64,000 nucleotides of DNA, from positions 119,024 to 183,023 of the IMG/VR virus record IMGVR_UViG_3300030202_003733; one strand, 5' to 3'. A program made the position numbers and the translations under genes. This DNA comes from a virus. Below the pieces are notes generated by a model, which worked only from the letters and a program-made list of their open reading frames with translations, had not been told where the DNA came from and ran no database searches. Shown here in pieces: positions 40,802 to 49,087 of this stretch (positions are counted from its first letter, which is position 1; each line of letters opens with the position of its first letter).

Positions 40802-42063
40802 TCAAATACCTGCTCAGAGTTTTCTAGCTCGGAGAGCCAACTTTCCATTTCAATAAAATCAGGGCCACACATTGAGTTTGCAAATAATTCATATTGCTTC
40901 TCCGGAGCGAATTCGACACAAACGTGTTTATAGAGTTTTTTAGCCATAGACTTATATTTTTTATAGTTATTTCTAACCTCACGCAGTCTCATTTTATAAC
41001 TACCCCCGTCAGGATAGCACCACTGAGATCCTTCGACCAGAACATTCTCCCAAATCACCTCTTTTTGGATTGGGGCTATATTATATTTAACCTTAGAAAA
41101 CATGGCCTTTTTCTTCCTGCCCTTGTCTGGGGCGTATAGGAAATCCACTTGCCCACCCCAGTCTGTTGTTATAATCGGAAGTTCGTTGTAGGCAGCCTCA
41201 AAAATTGGAAGCCCAAAACCTTCGCCGTGTGTTAAAGAGATTAGTGCCTTTATTTTGGGGTGTCTATAAAGGCCAGTCATTTCTTCGTTGGTCATATCAC
41301 CATGTAATAAATAAATCTTGCACTTTCTATCCCCATCTTTATACTCGTTTAGAATATTTGCAAGCCTACCTGTTGTGTAATTTTTATCCATGAGACAATT
41401 TTTCATAGAAAAAGTCTTTATTACAAGACCAACTTCTTGATCATAGTTTTCCTCAATGAACCACCTAATGGTATTCTCTAGATTTTTTCTCGGACCCCAT
41501 TGAGCAACTACAAGATAATTAAAGTCGTACTCAAAATCAATATCAAGATCGGCGGGCTCATATGTCCGCGTTGGGTAGTTTACAACATCTATCGGTGTTT
41601 CCAACTTAAGTTCCACAGGCATGTTTGTGTTAGGGTTTGTACCTGTGTATGACGAATTTTCAAATCCCCACTTTGTATGGTTTGATATTGCTATAATTCG
41701 GTCCATCATATTGCACTTTTCTAGCCATAAAGGCGAAACCCTTGTAGTTTCCACTCCTGCTGTATAGCCAATATTTATCGGAGCCATTTGTTCCCATTCT
41801 TGTGGAATAGTTATCTGTAAGGAAATATCAAATTGACCGCCTTGTGATGCATAGATCCCTGTCGCCTTAATCCTCTCGTCTATCCACCTTCTTTCCTCAG
41901 TGTCATCACTAATCCAATTGCTACGACCCCACCCAACAGGGATTATATACACATCAAACCTGGAGTCTTCGAAGTGACGAAGAGAACGTAGAGCAAATCT
42001 AGCTTGGACTCCATAACCGGTTTGTGAAAGGACCGGACCCCTGACTAATACCTTTTTTTTCAT
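40798..42063 (-). CDS. GT4 glycosyltransferase
   Basis: Start MKKKVLVRGP at 42063 (ATGA overlap). SQTGYG, WGPRKN and THGEGFGLPIFEA. Confidence 0.88.
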   Translation of the reverse strand: MKKKVLVRGPVLSQTGYGVQARFALRSLRHFEDSRFDVYIIPVGWGRSNWISDDTEERRWIDERIKATGIYASQGGQFDISLQITIPQEWEQMAPINIGYTAGVETTRVSPLWLEKCNMMDRIIAISNHTKWGFENSSYTGTNPNTNMPVELKLETPIDVVNYPTRTYEPADLDIDFEYDFNYLVVAQWGPRKNLENTIRWFIEENYDQEVGLVIKTFSMKNCLMDKNYTTGRLANILNEYKDGDRKCKIYLLHGDMTNEEMTGLYRHPKIKALISLTHGEGFGLPIFEAAYNELPIITTDWGGQVDFLYAPDKGRKKKAMFSKVKYNIAPIQKEVIWENVLVEGSQWCYPDGGSYKMRLREVRNNYKKYKSMAKKLYKHVCVEFAPEKQYELFANSMCGPDFIEMESWLSELENSEQVFE

Positions 42064-43307
42064 TTCATCTCCAAACAGTCCCAAGCACTGTAATGTTTTC
42101 GGTTTGCCCAGGAACCATATTTTTCATGTACATTCAACATTAGATCCGTCCACCTCTTTTCGAAATCATCAAAACTATAATTTGCTTTTATGTGTTCTTT
42201 GCCCAGTTTAGAAAGCTTATTTCTCTCTTTCTTGCTCATTTTGTACATTTTATGAAGAGCGTCCAAGAAATCTTTTTTACCAACTCGATCCTCGTTTATA
42301 TACGGAACCTGTTGTGAGCCTATAACCACCTTCGAAGCTGGCTCTATCCCAATTCCAAACCACTTTTCGCCGTCAGTGACCTGCTCTTGTAAGCCACCAG
42401 TCATATTAACAATGATTGGGGTACCACAACTAAGAGACTCTAGTGTGGCCAAACCAAAGCCCTCAGCGTCAGAAATATTAATAGTACATTCAGCCGCATT
42501 ATAAAGTCTACCCAAGTGTTCGGGCGCTAATTTTTGCGACGAGATCAATATGCTTTTCGAATTTAACACATTAATTAATTGTGGTAAATCTTGCCCATGC
42601 TGGTCTCTAGGGTCTGTGTGCATAATGAGTTTTACTTTGTCTTCACCAACCTCTTTGGCAAATTCATCAAACCACCAAAGTACCGTTCCAGATAATTTTC
42701 TTCTTGCGTTGCGGTTGTTCCAGAAAAATATAAATTCATCCCCCATATTATGTTCTTTTTTAAATTCATCAATCTCTTTTTTAGGGATTTGATGAAAGAA
42801 ATCTTCATTAACGGCATGAGGGATGTGATGAAGATCTACCTCCGGGGCCACTTCTTTGACAATATTATTTGTGACCTTTGATATGGATACAATCACATCG
42901 TTGGATAGATAAAATTGCCTGTTAAAGTGCGGTGCTGGGTAATTATCCCATACATGGTAGTATACCATTGGGACATTTTTTCTAATCTCATTATCCATTT
43001 CCCATAACCAAGGGAAAAATCTAGGATCCGTCATAAACCATAAAATGTCTGGTTTTTCGTTCCAGATAACAGAGCGAACGATTTCTTGATTTCCATAACC
43101 ATCAACTGGGAAGATAACAAAATCTTGCCCATACGGGTCAACATGAACAGGTTGATAATTATCGTGTTTAACCGCGCCTCCTAAACACCGAAAGGAAAAT
43201 TTTCCTGTTTTTAGTAGCGCCTCTATCATATATTTAGTTTGTGTCCCCACACCGGAAGGCGATAGGGGGTGGTCCGCAATGACTAAGACCTTTATTTTTT
43301 TATCCAT
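42060..43307 (-). CDS. GT4 glycosyltransferase
   Basis: PSGVG, NRNARRK and SDAEGFGLATLESLSCGTPII. Confidence 0.88.
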   Translation of the reverse strand: MDKKIKVLVIADHPLSPSGVGTQTKYMIEALLKTGKFSFRCLGGAVKHDNYQPVHVDPYGQDFVIFPVDGYGNQEIVRSVIWNEKPDILWFMTDPRFFPWLWEMDNEIRKNVPMVYYHVWDNYPAPHFNRQFYLSNDVIVSISKVTNNIVKEVAPEVDLHHIPHAVNEDFFHQIPKKEIDEFKKEHNMGDEFIFFWNNRNARRKLSGTVLWWFDEFAKEVGEDKVKLIMHTDPRDQHGQDLPQLINVLNSKSILISSQKLAPEHLGRLYNAAECTINISDAEGFGLATLESLSCGTPIIVNMTGGLQEQVTDGEKWFGIGIEPASKVVIGSQQVPYINEDRVGKKDFLDALHKMYKMSKKERNKLSKLGKEHIKANYSFDDFEKRWTDLMLNVHEKYGSWANRKHYSAWDCLEMK

Positions 43308-43314
43308 TGTTTCC

Positions 43315-44097
43315 TCATGTACAATGCTCTGTATTTTTGAACGGACAATACAGGCAAGACAGTCTATTTTTTATAGACACTCCATTTTGTATATTATACA
43401 ACGCTTGATCTAAAAAGTCAAGTGAATTTTTTGTTTTTCTTTCTCCGCTAGTTACCCTGAACAACTCGATTCTATCTTTTTTAGCTGTTCTCTTTATCAA
43501 ACCAAAGTGTGTTGATACACACCTAGTGTCTATACCGAGGTGTTTGGCATAAAAATATTTATAATATACCAACTGCCTAGTGAGGAGCGTATTATTTTTC
43601 TTACGAGCATTCCACCCCCAAGTGCAAGTTTTCCAATCTATGACGTGGTAATGGCCTTTTCCATCTTTAAGGATAAGATCAATATATCCTTTAAAGTTGT
43701 AGTCCTCAATTTCTGTTTCTAGGATTGGGTGCATTAATGCAAATTCCGTGTCAACCAACGACCAACCATCTTTGTCTTTGAAATAAGCATCTAGCGCAGG
43801 AATCACCGATTCAAAAACTCCATTTACTTGTTGCCTCATTTCTTCCGCTAAGGAACTATCCAAATCAATCGAGTTATCTTTTAATTCTTCATTAAATCTT
43901 AAGTGAAAATACGCATACGGATCCGCTGTGACCTGCTCGTTATTCTGTAGAATATTCTCTGCCGTATCGTGAACAGCAGTGCCAAATGCAGAATACTCAT
44001 TACCAGTTCTGGAGTCTAGCTTATCAAGGTAAATAAGCTTATGCCTCCACGGGCATTCGGCCCAGTTTTTTAATTCTGAAAAAGAAATATGTGGCAA
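43315..44097 (-). CDS. PD-(D/E)XK nuclease (Cas4/RecB-like)
   Basis: ISFSELKNWAECP, FGTAVH, FKGYIDLI, VIDWKT and terminal CLYCPF...C Fe-S cysteines. Confidence 0.88.
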   Translation of the reverse strand: MPHISFSELKNWAECPWRHKLIYLDKLDSRTGNEYSAFGTAVHDTAENILQNNEQVTADPYAYFHLRFNEELKDNSIDLDSSLAEEMRQQVNGVFESVIPALDAYFKDKDGWSLVDTEFALMHPILETEIEDYNFKGYIDLILKDGKGHYHVIDWKTCTWGWNARKKNNTLLTRQLVYYKYFYAKHLGIDTRCVSTHFGLIKRTAKKDRIELFRVTSGERKTKNSLDFLDQALYNIQNGVSIKNRLSCLYCPFKNTEHCT

Positions 44098-44108
44098 AAA
44101 CCCCCCAA

Positions 44109-44405
44109 TTATTTTTTGTTGGTTTTGGCACTTTTCCGTGGTGCCTTCTGTGGTGTAACTCGTTTTTGCTGCGTTGGCAAATTAAAAATCCACCGACCGC
44201 GTATTCTGTTTGCCTTTCTGTCAGAAACAATATCAGGACGCTCTACACACTCACCTACTTTAACATCTCTCTTCTTTAATTCATTCAAAATATCACTAGT
44301 ATCACAAATGGTTACCTTTTCGCCCTTGTGACGGACAGCCAGTTCTACGTCTAAAATTATTTTTTCTTCATCGTGCTCTATATCAAATCTTTTATAATTA
44401 ATCAT
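44109..44405 (-). CDS. Hypothetical protein
   Basis: 98 aa in operon, with a basic tail. Confidence 0.65.
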   Translation of the reverse strand: MINYKRFDIEHDEEKIILDVELAVRHKGEKVTICDTSDILNELKKRDVKVGECVERPDIVSDRKANRIRGRWIFNLPTQQKRVTPQKAPRKSAKTNKK

Positions 44406-45084
44406 TTTGCGCTATTTCCTCTATTTTAGTGAATACAATAGGGCAGAATTTTTTAAGTATCGCTTTCTGTTCTAAGAAATAGTTCTCAAAACCTTCTGCC
44501 CAATATTCTCTAATTGATGTAATCCCATAGGGTGTCATAAATAAACCCATGGACAAATTAACTAGTCTCGGGTATCCAATATCTTCGTATAAGAAATTAT
44601 CAAATTCCTTAGAGTACTCTGGATTTGCAAATAAATGCCTGTCACATTGAATCCCATGACTAGTGAGTATATTGTATAAGGCTTCGCGCTTGGACAAGAA
44701 TTCCCTTTCTAAGTTGCCGTCAGCATATATTTCATAGCCATACTTTCCCTCCAACGTATGAGCTATTTCATGAATTATATCGTCCACTGCGTCTTCGACA
44801 TCGTCTTGATCACTCGTAATGTATATTACACCGTCTTTGGTCAGAGCATTTATTTGTCTTTCTTCAAATTCCGGTATATGTCCGATTGAGACATAGTCAA
44901 ACTCAGACATTAAATAATAGGGGATTAGGGAACTAACAGTGTCCAATATGGTGTAAATATCAACATTTTGAGCTTTCTCATCTGCAACATAAACCTCTAT
45001 TCCGGAGACTTTTATAAAACTCCCCTTAGAAATATTTTTTGAACCAAGAGATTCATTTAAATAATTTATAAGTTGGTCACTCAT
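44398..45084 (-). CDS. Putative zincin-like metallopeptidase
   Basis: IIHEIAH (HExxH) plus a downstream REYWAEGF glutamate motif. Confidence 0.6.
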   Translation of the reverse strand: MSDQLINYLNESLGSKNISKGSFIKVSGIEVYVADEKAQNVDIYTILDTVSSLIPYYLMSEFDYVSIGHIPEFEERQINALTKDGVIYITSDQDDVEDAVDDIIHEIAHTLEGKYGYEIYADGNLEREFLSKREALYNILTSHGIQCDRHLFANPEYSKEFDNFLYEDIGYPRLVNLSMGLFMTPYGITSIREYWAEGFENYFLEQKAILKKFCPIVFTKIEEIAQND

Positions 45085-45349
45085 CTTCCTGATTCTTCAT
45101 TTTCTGGAAGGCCTTTTCGCCTTCCTCTACATCTACAAGAGCCTGATGATATCCTCGAACCCAATTTTCCTCGGCCACTGCCATAACGAGTTCCGGGAAG
45201 TCTTTAGCGACCGCCTCAATTACCATTTCAACGGTAACATTATTATCTTTTGGCTCAAGCATATCCCCAGCATGATTTATAAGAAAGTTTTTTAAATCAT
45301 TATCTTTCTCTACACTCTGCTCCAATACAGGGCTTTTTCCTAAATCCAT
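45077..45349 (-). CDS. Hypothetical protein
   Basis: 90 aa with a GAGGTG RBS. AEENWVRGYHQALVD. Confidence 0.7.
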   Translation of the reverse strand: MDLGKSPVLEQSVEKDNDLKNFLINHAGDMLEPKDNNVTVEMVIEAVAKDFPELVMAVAEENWVRGYHQALVDVEEGEKAFQKMKNQEDE

Positions 45350-45357
45350 ATTTCACC

Positions 45358-46713
45358 TCATAAAATTTTAGCTGCGAGACTCGCAACTTGTGATCTTTCA
45401 CCCTTCTTAAGGGTGACATGGCCTGAAAGGCCATGGTTTTTCATTTTCTCAACAGCGTGTGTTAAGCCAGAAGACATCTCATTAACATAAATATTATCTA
45501 TCTGCTCAATATCTCCGGTGAGCACAATTTTTGTCCCTTCACCAACACGAGTAAGAATTGTTTTTACTTCGTGGGGAGTAAGATTTTGAGCCTCATCTAC
45601 AACAATATATGCATTTGCTATTGATCTTCCTCTTATATACGTCAATGCTTCAATCTCAATTAACCCGCGTTCCATATAATCATCTAGTGTAACTTGATCA
45701 TCGCCGGTTAGAAATTTTAGGTTATCTTGCACCGGAGCTAGCCAAGGTGCCATTTTCTCTTGCATGGTGCCCGGCAAGAATCCTATATCCCTGCCCATTG
45801 GCATCACGGGTCTAGACACAACAAGACGTTTATAAGGGCTGCCAAACCCTTTATTGTTTTTAATTTTTTCCTTAATATTCCTGTTTAGTAACACCTGCTC
45901 CAGGCCAGCAGCTATAGCAATTAAAGTTTTGCCCGAGCCTGCTTTTCCAATAAGAGACACAACCTGAACATCCGGGTCCATAAGGAGATCCAACGCAAAC
46001 ATCTGCTCCTTATTCCTTGCCTTAACACCCCATACACCATCTTTTTGTTCGTTTACTTTGGTTAAGCTAGAATTATAACCTTCAAATCTTGACAGTGCTG
46101 TTTTCTTATCGTTGGAACTGGACACGAGCATAACAAATTGGTTCGGGCAGAGGCCTGGGTGGTCCTCCTTATCTAGGGTGACTGGCCCGTCATTATAAAA
46201 TAGGTCTATCGTCTGATCATCGACCAGACAGGTAGCCAACCCAGAATATAAATCAGATTCCTTTTTAATCGCCTGGTTCTCGGTGTAGTCTTCACTTGAA
46301 ACACCTATAGAATCACATATGACCCTCATATTAATATCGCGGCTGACTAAGATCGTTTTCCTATTACTGGAGGCTAGCTCCTCGCTCAGGGCTGTAGATA
46401 TTATCATATGATCCGCTACACTCGGGTCTAGATCCCCAGGTAATTTGTTCGCAGAGTGCTTTGCTATACTTAAAACACCCTTACCTTTGGCAATACGAAC
46501 ACCATTTTGTAAAGCCCCTTTTGAACGAAGATCATCTAGCTCCCGAATAATTTTTCTGGCATTTGCGCCGGCGCTATCCTGTCTCTTCTTATGTTTGTCT
46601 ATTTCTTCTAGAACTTTAAGTGGCAATATTATATCATTGTTGCCGTAATTAAAGATGCAATTTGCATCCGTTAAACATACGCTTGTGTCTAGAATGTAGT
46701 TTTTCTTGGCCAT
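45358..46713 (-). CDS. phoH: PIN-PhoH (PhoH2/YlaK-type) protein
   Basis: PIN: YILDTSV...VLEEID...DHMII...SRDINMR. PhoH: RNKEQ, GKAGSGKT, DIGFLPG, YIRGRS, DEAQN and LTGDIEQID. Confidence 0.95.
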   Translation of the reverse strand: MAKKNYILDTSVCLTDANCIFNYGNNDIILPLKVLEEIDKHKKRQDSAGANARKIIRELDDLRSKGALQNGVRIAKGKGVLSIAKHSANKLPGDLDPSVADHMIISTALSEELASSNRKTILVSRDINMRVICDSIGVSSEDYTENQAIKKESDLYSGLATCLVDDQTIDLFYNDGPVTLDKEDHPGLCPNQFVMLVSSSNDKKTALSRFEGYNSSLTKVNEQKDGVWGVKARNKEQMFALDLLMDPDVQVVSLIGKAGSGKTLIAIAAGLEQVLLNRNIKEKIKNNKGFGSPYKRLVVSRPVMPMGRDIGFLPGTMQEKMAPWLAPVQDNLKFLTGDDQVTLDDYMERGLIEIEALTYIRGRSIANAYIVVDEAQNLTPHEVKTILTRVGEGTKIVLTGDIEQIDNIYVNEMSSGLTHAVEKMKNHGLSGHVTLKKGERSQVASLAAKIL

Positions 46714-46728
46714 TAAAACTTATTCCTT

Positions 46729-46768
46729 AAAAAAAGTGAGGCACCTGTGTTTAAAGACCTTGTGCCTC
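46729..46768 (-). terminator. Hairpin plus U7 in the phoH leader (terminator/attenuator-like)
   Basis: Minus strand GAGGCAC...GTGCCTC stem followed by ACTTTTTTT, ending about 15 nt before the phoH ATG. Confidence 0.45.
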
Positions 46769-46821
46769 CCTGCGGTCGGGGGGGTTCTTTATAAAAAGTT
46801 ATTTCTTTGCCAAGAGTCTTA

Positions 46822-46850
46822 TATATACCACGCTTGTGTATATTTGTCAA
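46822..46850 (-). promoter_or_regulatory. Possible sigma70-type promoter upstream of phoH
   Basis: TTGACA (46850-46845), 17 nt ending in TGG, then TATATA (imperfect -10). Bracketed by an AGAGTCTT/AAGACTCT inverted repeat. Confidence 0.45.
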
Positions 46851-46869
46851 GACTCTACCGACAAAAATA

Positions 46870-47058
46870 TTATTTTTTTCCATCAATCCTCTCTTCATAG
46901 CAATCCAATAGATCAAGAACTTCGGCTACATCAAGCAACTCGGTTTCTGTGATTAATGCAAAAAGAGTTAAGACAAATGCGGATGTGGCTGCACCGAACG
47001 CCACTCCAGATAAAAATACAGATTGTTTTCTAATAAAAATGATTAATTTTTTAATCAT
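46870..47058 (-). CDS. Small membrane hypothetical protein
   Basis: 62 aa with one hydrophobic helix, preceded by the ACTAATTA motif. Confidence 0.6.
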   Translation of the reverse strand: MIKKLIIFIRKQSVFLSGVAFGAATSAFVLTLFALITETELLDVAEVLDLLDCYEERIDGKK

Positions 47059-47075
47059 ATCACACTCACTAATAT

Positions 47076-47083
47076 TAATTAGT
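47076..47083 (-). promoter_or_regulatory. Putative late promoter core ACTAATTA
   Basis: Lies in the 32-bp intergenic gap, about 18 nt upstream of the ATG at 47058. Confidence 0.5.
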
Positions 47084-47090
47084 TCTCCTA

Positions 47091-47459
47091 TTAAGAATCG
47101 TTATATTCTTTCAACAAAAGGTGTGTGTAGTGTTTTTGGTCGCGGGCAGTTTTTATTCGATGGCAGTTGGCACACCTGACCTCACATTTGGCCGCTTCTT
47201 CTAGAATACTATCCCAGCTATATTCCTTTCTGAGCAAGGAACTGACATTATATTTTTTATTATTTAAATGGTCAAAATCAAGCACTCTCGGGTCTGATTC
47301 TCCACAATCAACACACGGGTGACTTTTATAAAATTCCATCATCTTTCTTTTTATTTGTTCACGCCTAGCTTTCCTCGCTGGCTCGTTATAACTGCTGGTT
47401 GACAAAGAATCCCCCTGGTTCTGGTCACCGTAACACATTGAGCAGAAAAAAACAACCAA
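47091..47459 (-). CDS. HNH endonuclease-like protein
   Basis: CVDCGE...DFDH...KCEVRCANCHRIKT. Exact start uncertain. Confidence 0.8.
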   Translation of the reverse strand: MVVFFCSMCYGDQNQGDSLSTSSYNEPARKARREQIKRKMMEFYKSHPCVDCGESDPRVLDFDHLNNKKYNVSSLLRKEYSWDSILEEAAKCEVRCANCHRIKTARDQKHYTHLLLKEYNDS

Positions 47460-48245
47460 CTAACCAACAAACGCTCTTTCATAAGCATATTCTTTGAGTT
47501 GTCTTCCAGAACTGTGACTCATATTGTATTCGGCTAATATATCACCAATATCCTTAACCACGGGTAATGAACCACATATCATCACCCGGTCGGAATCAGG
47601 GTTTAAGAGTGGTATGTTTAAATCATTAAATAATTTTTTATTTTTAATCAATTCTGTTATTCGACCGTATTTTACTTTCTCGGATAAATCCTTTTCTTGT
47701 GTTGTAGTTTGATAGCACACCAGTTTAGTTAACGCATGTTCGCCACATAAAGGATCTCGATGTATTAACTTCATTAGATCTGTTCCATAGGCTAAGTCCT
47801 CCAATTGTCGACATGTGTGTGTCAATACTATTTGGTCAAACCCTTCGTATGTGTCTGGGTCTCTCAAAATGCTAGCAAAAGGAGCTATTCCGGTGCCTGT
47901 AGAAAACAAGAACAAACGTTTTCCAGGAAGAATATCCCAAGGTGTGAGATTGCCCACTGCTTTAGCGCCCAACAATATATTATCATTTACTTTTATATGC
48001 TGTAATTTTGACGTTAGGGGGCCGTCTGGTATTTTAATGGAGTAGAACTCCAACTCTTCGTCAAAAGGGCCGCTAGCTATGGAGTAGGCCCTCATAAGAG
48101 GTTCATTATTTACCTCAAGCCCAAGCATGATAAACTGACCTGGTTTGAATCGAAGTGTCTCGGGGCGTGTGATCTTAAATGAAAAAAGACTATCTGTGTA
48201 GTGTCTCACACCAGTTACTTTTTCTACACTCGATGGCTTTGCCAT
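47460..48245 (-). CDS. fpr: Ferredoxin(flavodoxin)-NADP+ reductase
   Basis: RFKPGQF, RAYSIAS, LEFYSIKIPDGPLTSKLQ, FSTGTGIAPF, VMICGS and terminal ERAFVG. Confidence 0.95.
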   Translation of the reverse strand: MAKPSSVEKVTGVRHYTDSLFSFKITRPETLRFKPGQFIMLGLEVNNEPLMRAYSIASGPFDEELEFYSIKIPDGPLTSKLQHIKVNDNILLGAKAVGNLTPWDILPGKRLFLFSTGTGIAPFASILRDPDTYEGFDQIVLTHTCRQLEDLAYGTDLMKLIHRDPLCGEHALTKLVCYQTTTQEKDLSEKVKYGRITELIKNKKLFNDLNIPLLNPDSDRVMICGSLPVVKDIGDILAEYNMSHSSGRQLKEYAYERAFVG

Positions 48246-48267
48246 ATAAACTCCGTTTATTAAAAAA

Positions 48268-48618
48268 TGGAGACGGCGGGAGTTGAACCCGCGTCCGGAA
48301 CAATTTTCAATTCAAGTCATTCACAGGCTTGTCTGATTAACCCAACCAGAGGGGCTGCTACAAAAAACCCGCTTCCTATGTAGCCTCAGAAGTCCACCCA
48401 CTGTAAGTGGGGTAACCATTGTGATTTTTTTATTTTCGCAGGAATCAACCTGTTATCTTAGGTTGGGTATCAAGGTCCTAAGAAACCCCGCGATTATGCC
48501 GCTAAGGCAAGTTCGAAGTGATTATTGTTATTGGCAATTATCAAATGGTTTGATTTTAAAGTCTCACGACTGCCTGCACTATCCTCTTCTATTCCCCCGT
48601 CGAATCCTGAACGTCCCC
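48268..48618 (-). ncRNA. ssrA: tmRNA (tag reading frame ANNNNHFELALAA*)
   Basis: 5' GGGGACG...GGATTCGAC; 3' T-arm GCGGGTTCAACTCCCGC and CGTCTCCA. The acceptor stem has a G3:U pair. Resume codon GCC at 48535 follows TTTGATAATT, with TAA at 48496-48494. CCA end is not encoded. Confidence 0.95.
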
Positions 48619-48622
48619 GTAA

Positions 48623-48778
48623 CTAAGCCATGCTCAATGTTGTAACAACCACACCAAAAGCATCAGCAATTTTAAAATATACACCACCCCACGCAGTCAT
48701 AATAAGACCAAACATAACACTGGAAATCATGCCGTACTCGATGGCTGTAGCACCTTCTTCATTATTGATAAAATTCAT
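48623..48778 (-). CDS. flp: Flp/Fap (type IVb/Tad) pilin-like protein
   Basis: MNFINNEEG|ATAIEYGMISSVMFGLIM... has the prepilin G cleavage site, E+5/Y+6 and a hydrophobic helix. GGAGG RBS. Confidence 0.85.
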   Translation of the reverse strand: MNFINNEEGATAIEYGMISSVMFGLIMTAWGGVYFKIADAFGVVVTTLSMA

Positions 48779-48806
48779 ATCTAAACCCTCCCTTAGGTTA
48801 GTCATC

Positions 48807-48814
48807 TAAGTAGC
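48807..48814 (-). promoter_or_regulatory. Variant late promoter-like motif GCTACTTA upstream of the pilin-tmRNA-fpr unit
   Basis: Matches the CTAHTTA core and lies in an intergenic gap. Confidence 0.35.
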
Positions 48815-48836
48815 CTGTGGTATATTCAAAAGCAAT

Positions 48837-49043
48837 TTATTTATTGAAGTATTTTCTTATGTTTTTAAACCAAAATAAATCAAATATAAAATATAAAATA
48901 GTTGATATAATATTAAGAATAATAACCAATTCTATTGATTTTAGATATTGACCAATATACCAATATGTTATAAAAAAACTAATTGGAATAGCTATAGTAA
49001 ATCTCCAAATTAGTGATTTTATTAAAGCTTCTTTTCTTGTCAT
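48837..49043 (-). CDS. Small membrane protein (DUF2061-like)
   Basis: KSLIWRF...LYFIFDLFW, two hydrophobic helices, GGAGG RBS. Confidence 0.6.
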   Translation of the reverse strand: MTRKEALIKSLIWRFTIAIPISFFITYWYIGQYLKSIELVIILNIISTILYFIFDLFWFKNIRKYFNK

Positions 49044-49058
49044 CCTCCCCCCTTCAAG

Positions 49059-49087
49059 AAAATAGCTCTATATGTCAAGTCTGTCAA
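49059..49087 (-). promoter_or_regulatory. Possible sigma70-type promoter with tandem TTGACA
   Basis: TTGACA at 49087-49082 and again at 49078-49073. TATTTT lies 17 nt after the first copy. Confidence 0.35.

Noticed and set aside
20571-43307. Bacterial O-antigen or capsule locus (window being bacterial chromosome or prophage flank)
   Set aside because: No wzx/wzy/wzz or ABC export genes, and the island is seamlessly coupled to phage genes on both sides with no integrase, att site or compositional break that I could see.
20571-43307. DNA hypermodification cluster
   Set aside because: No dCMP/dUMP hydroxymethylase, TET/JBP, aGPT-Pplase or preQ0 genes in the window. It cannot be excluded from this window alone.
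43315-44097. Cas4-like nuclease as a sign of a CRISPR-Cas system
   Set aside because: No repeat-spacer array or other cas genes were seen. Solo PD-(D/E)XK nucleases are common in phages.
46713-46916. 67-aa minus ORF upstream of phoH
   Set aside because: It overlaps the preceding gene end, the putative promoter and the hairpin, and has no RBS or motif. The region is better explained as a regulatory leader.
47091-47459. HNH as part of an intron or intein
   Set aside because: The flanking genes (fpr and the 62-aa ORF) look intact, and no split gene or intron structure is evident.
48268-48300. tRNA gene suggested by a GGTTCAACTCC T-arm
   Set aside because: It is the 3' tRNA-like domain of the tmRNA, with no anticodon arm.
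49073-49087. TGTCA direct repeat as a Pho box
   Set aside because: The period is 9 bp rather than the 11 bp of PhoB boxes, and it is not upstream of phoH.
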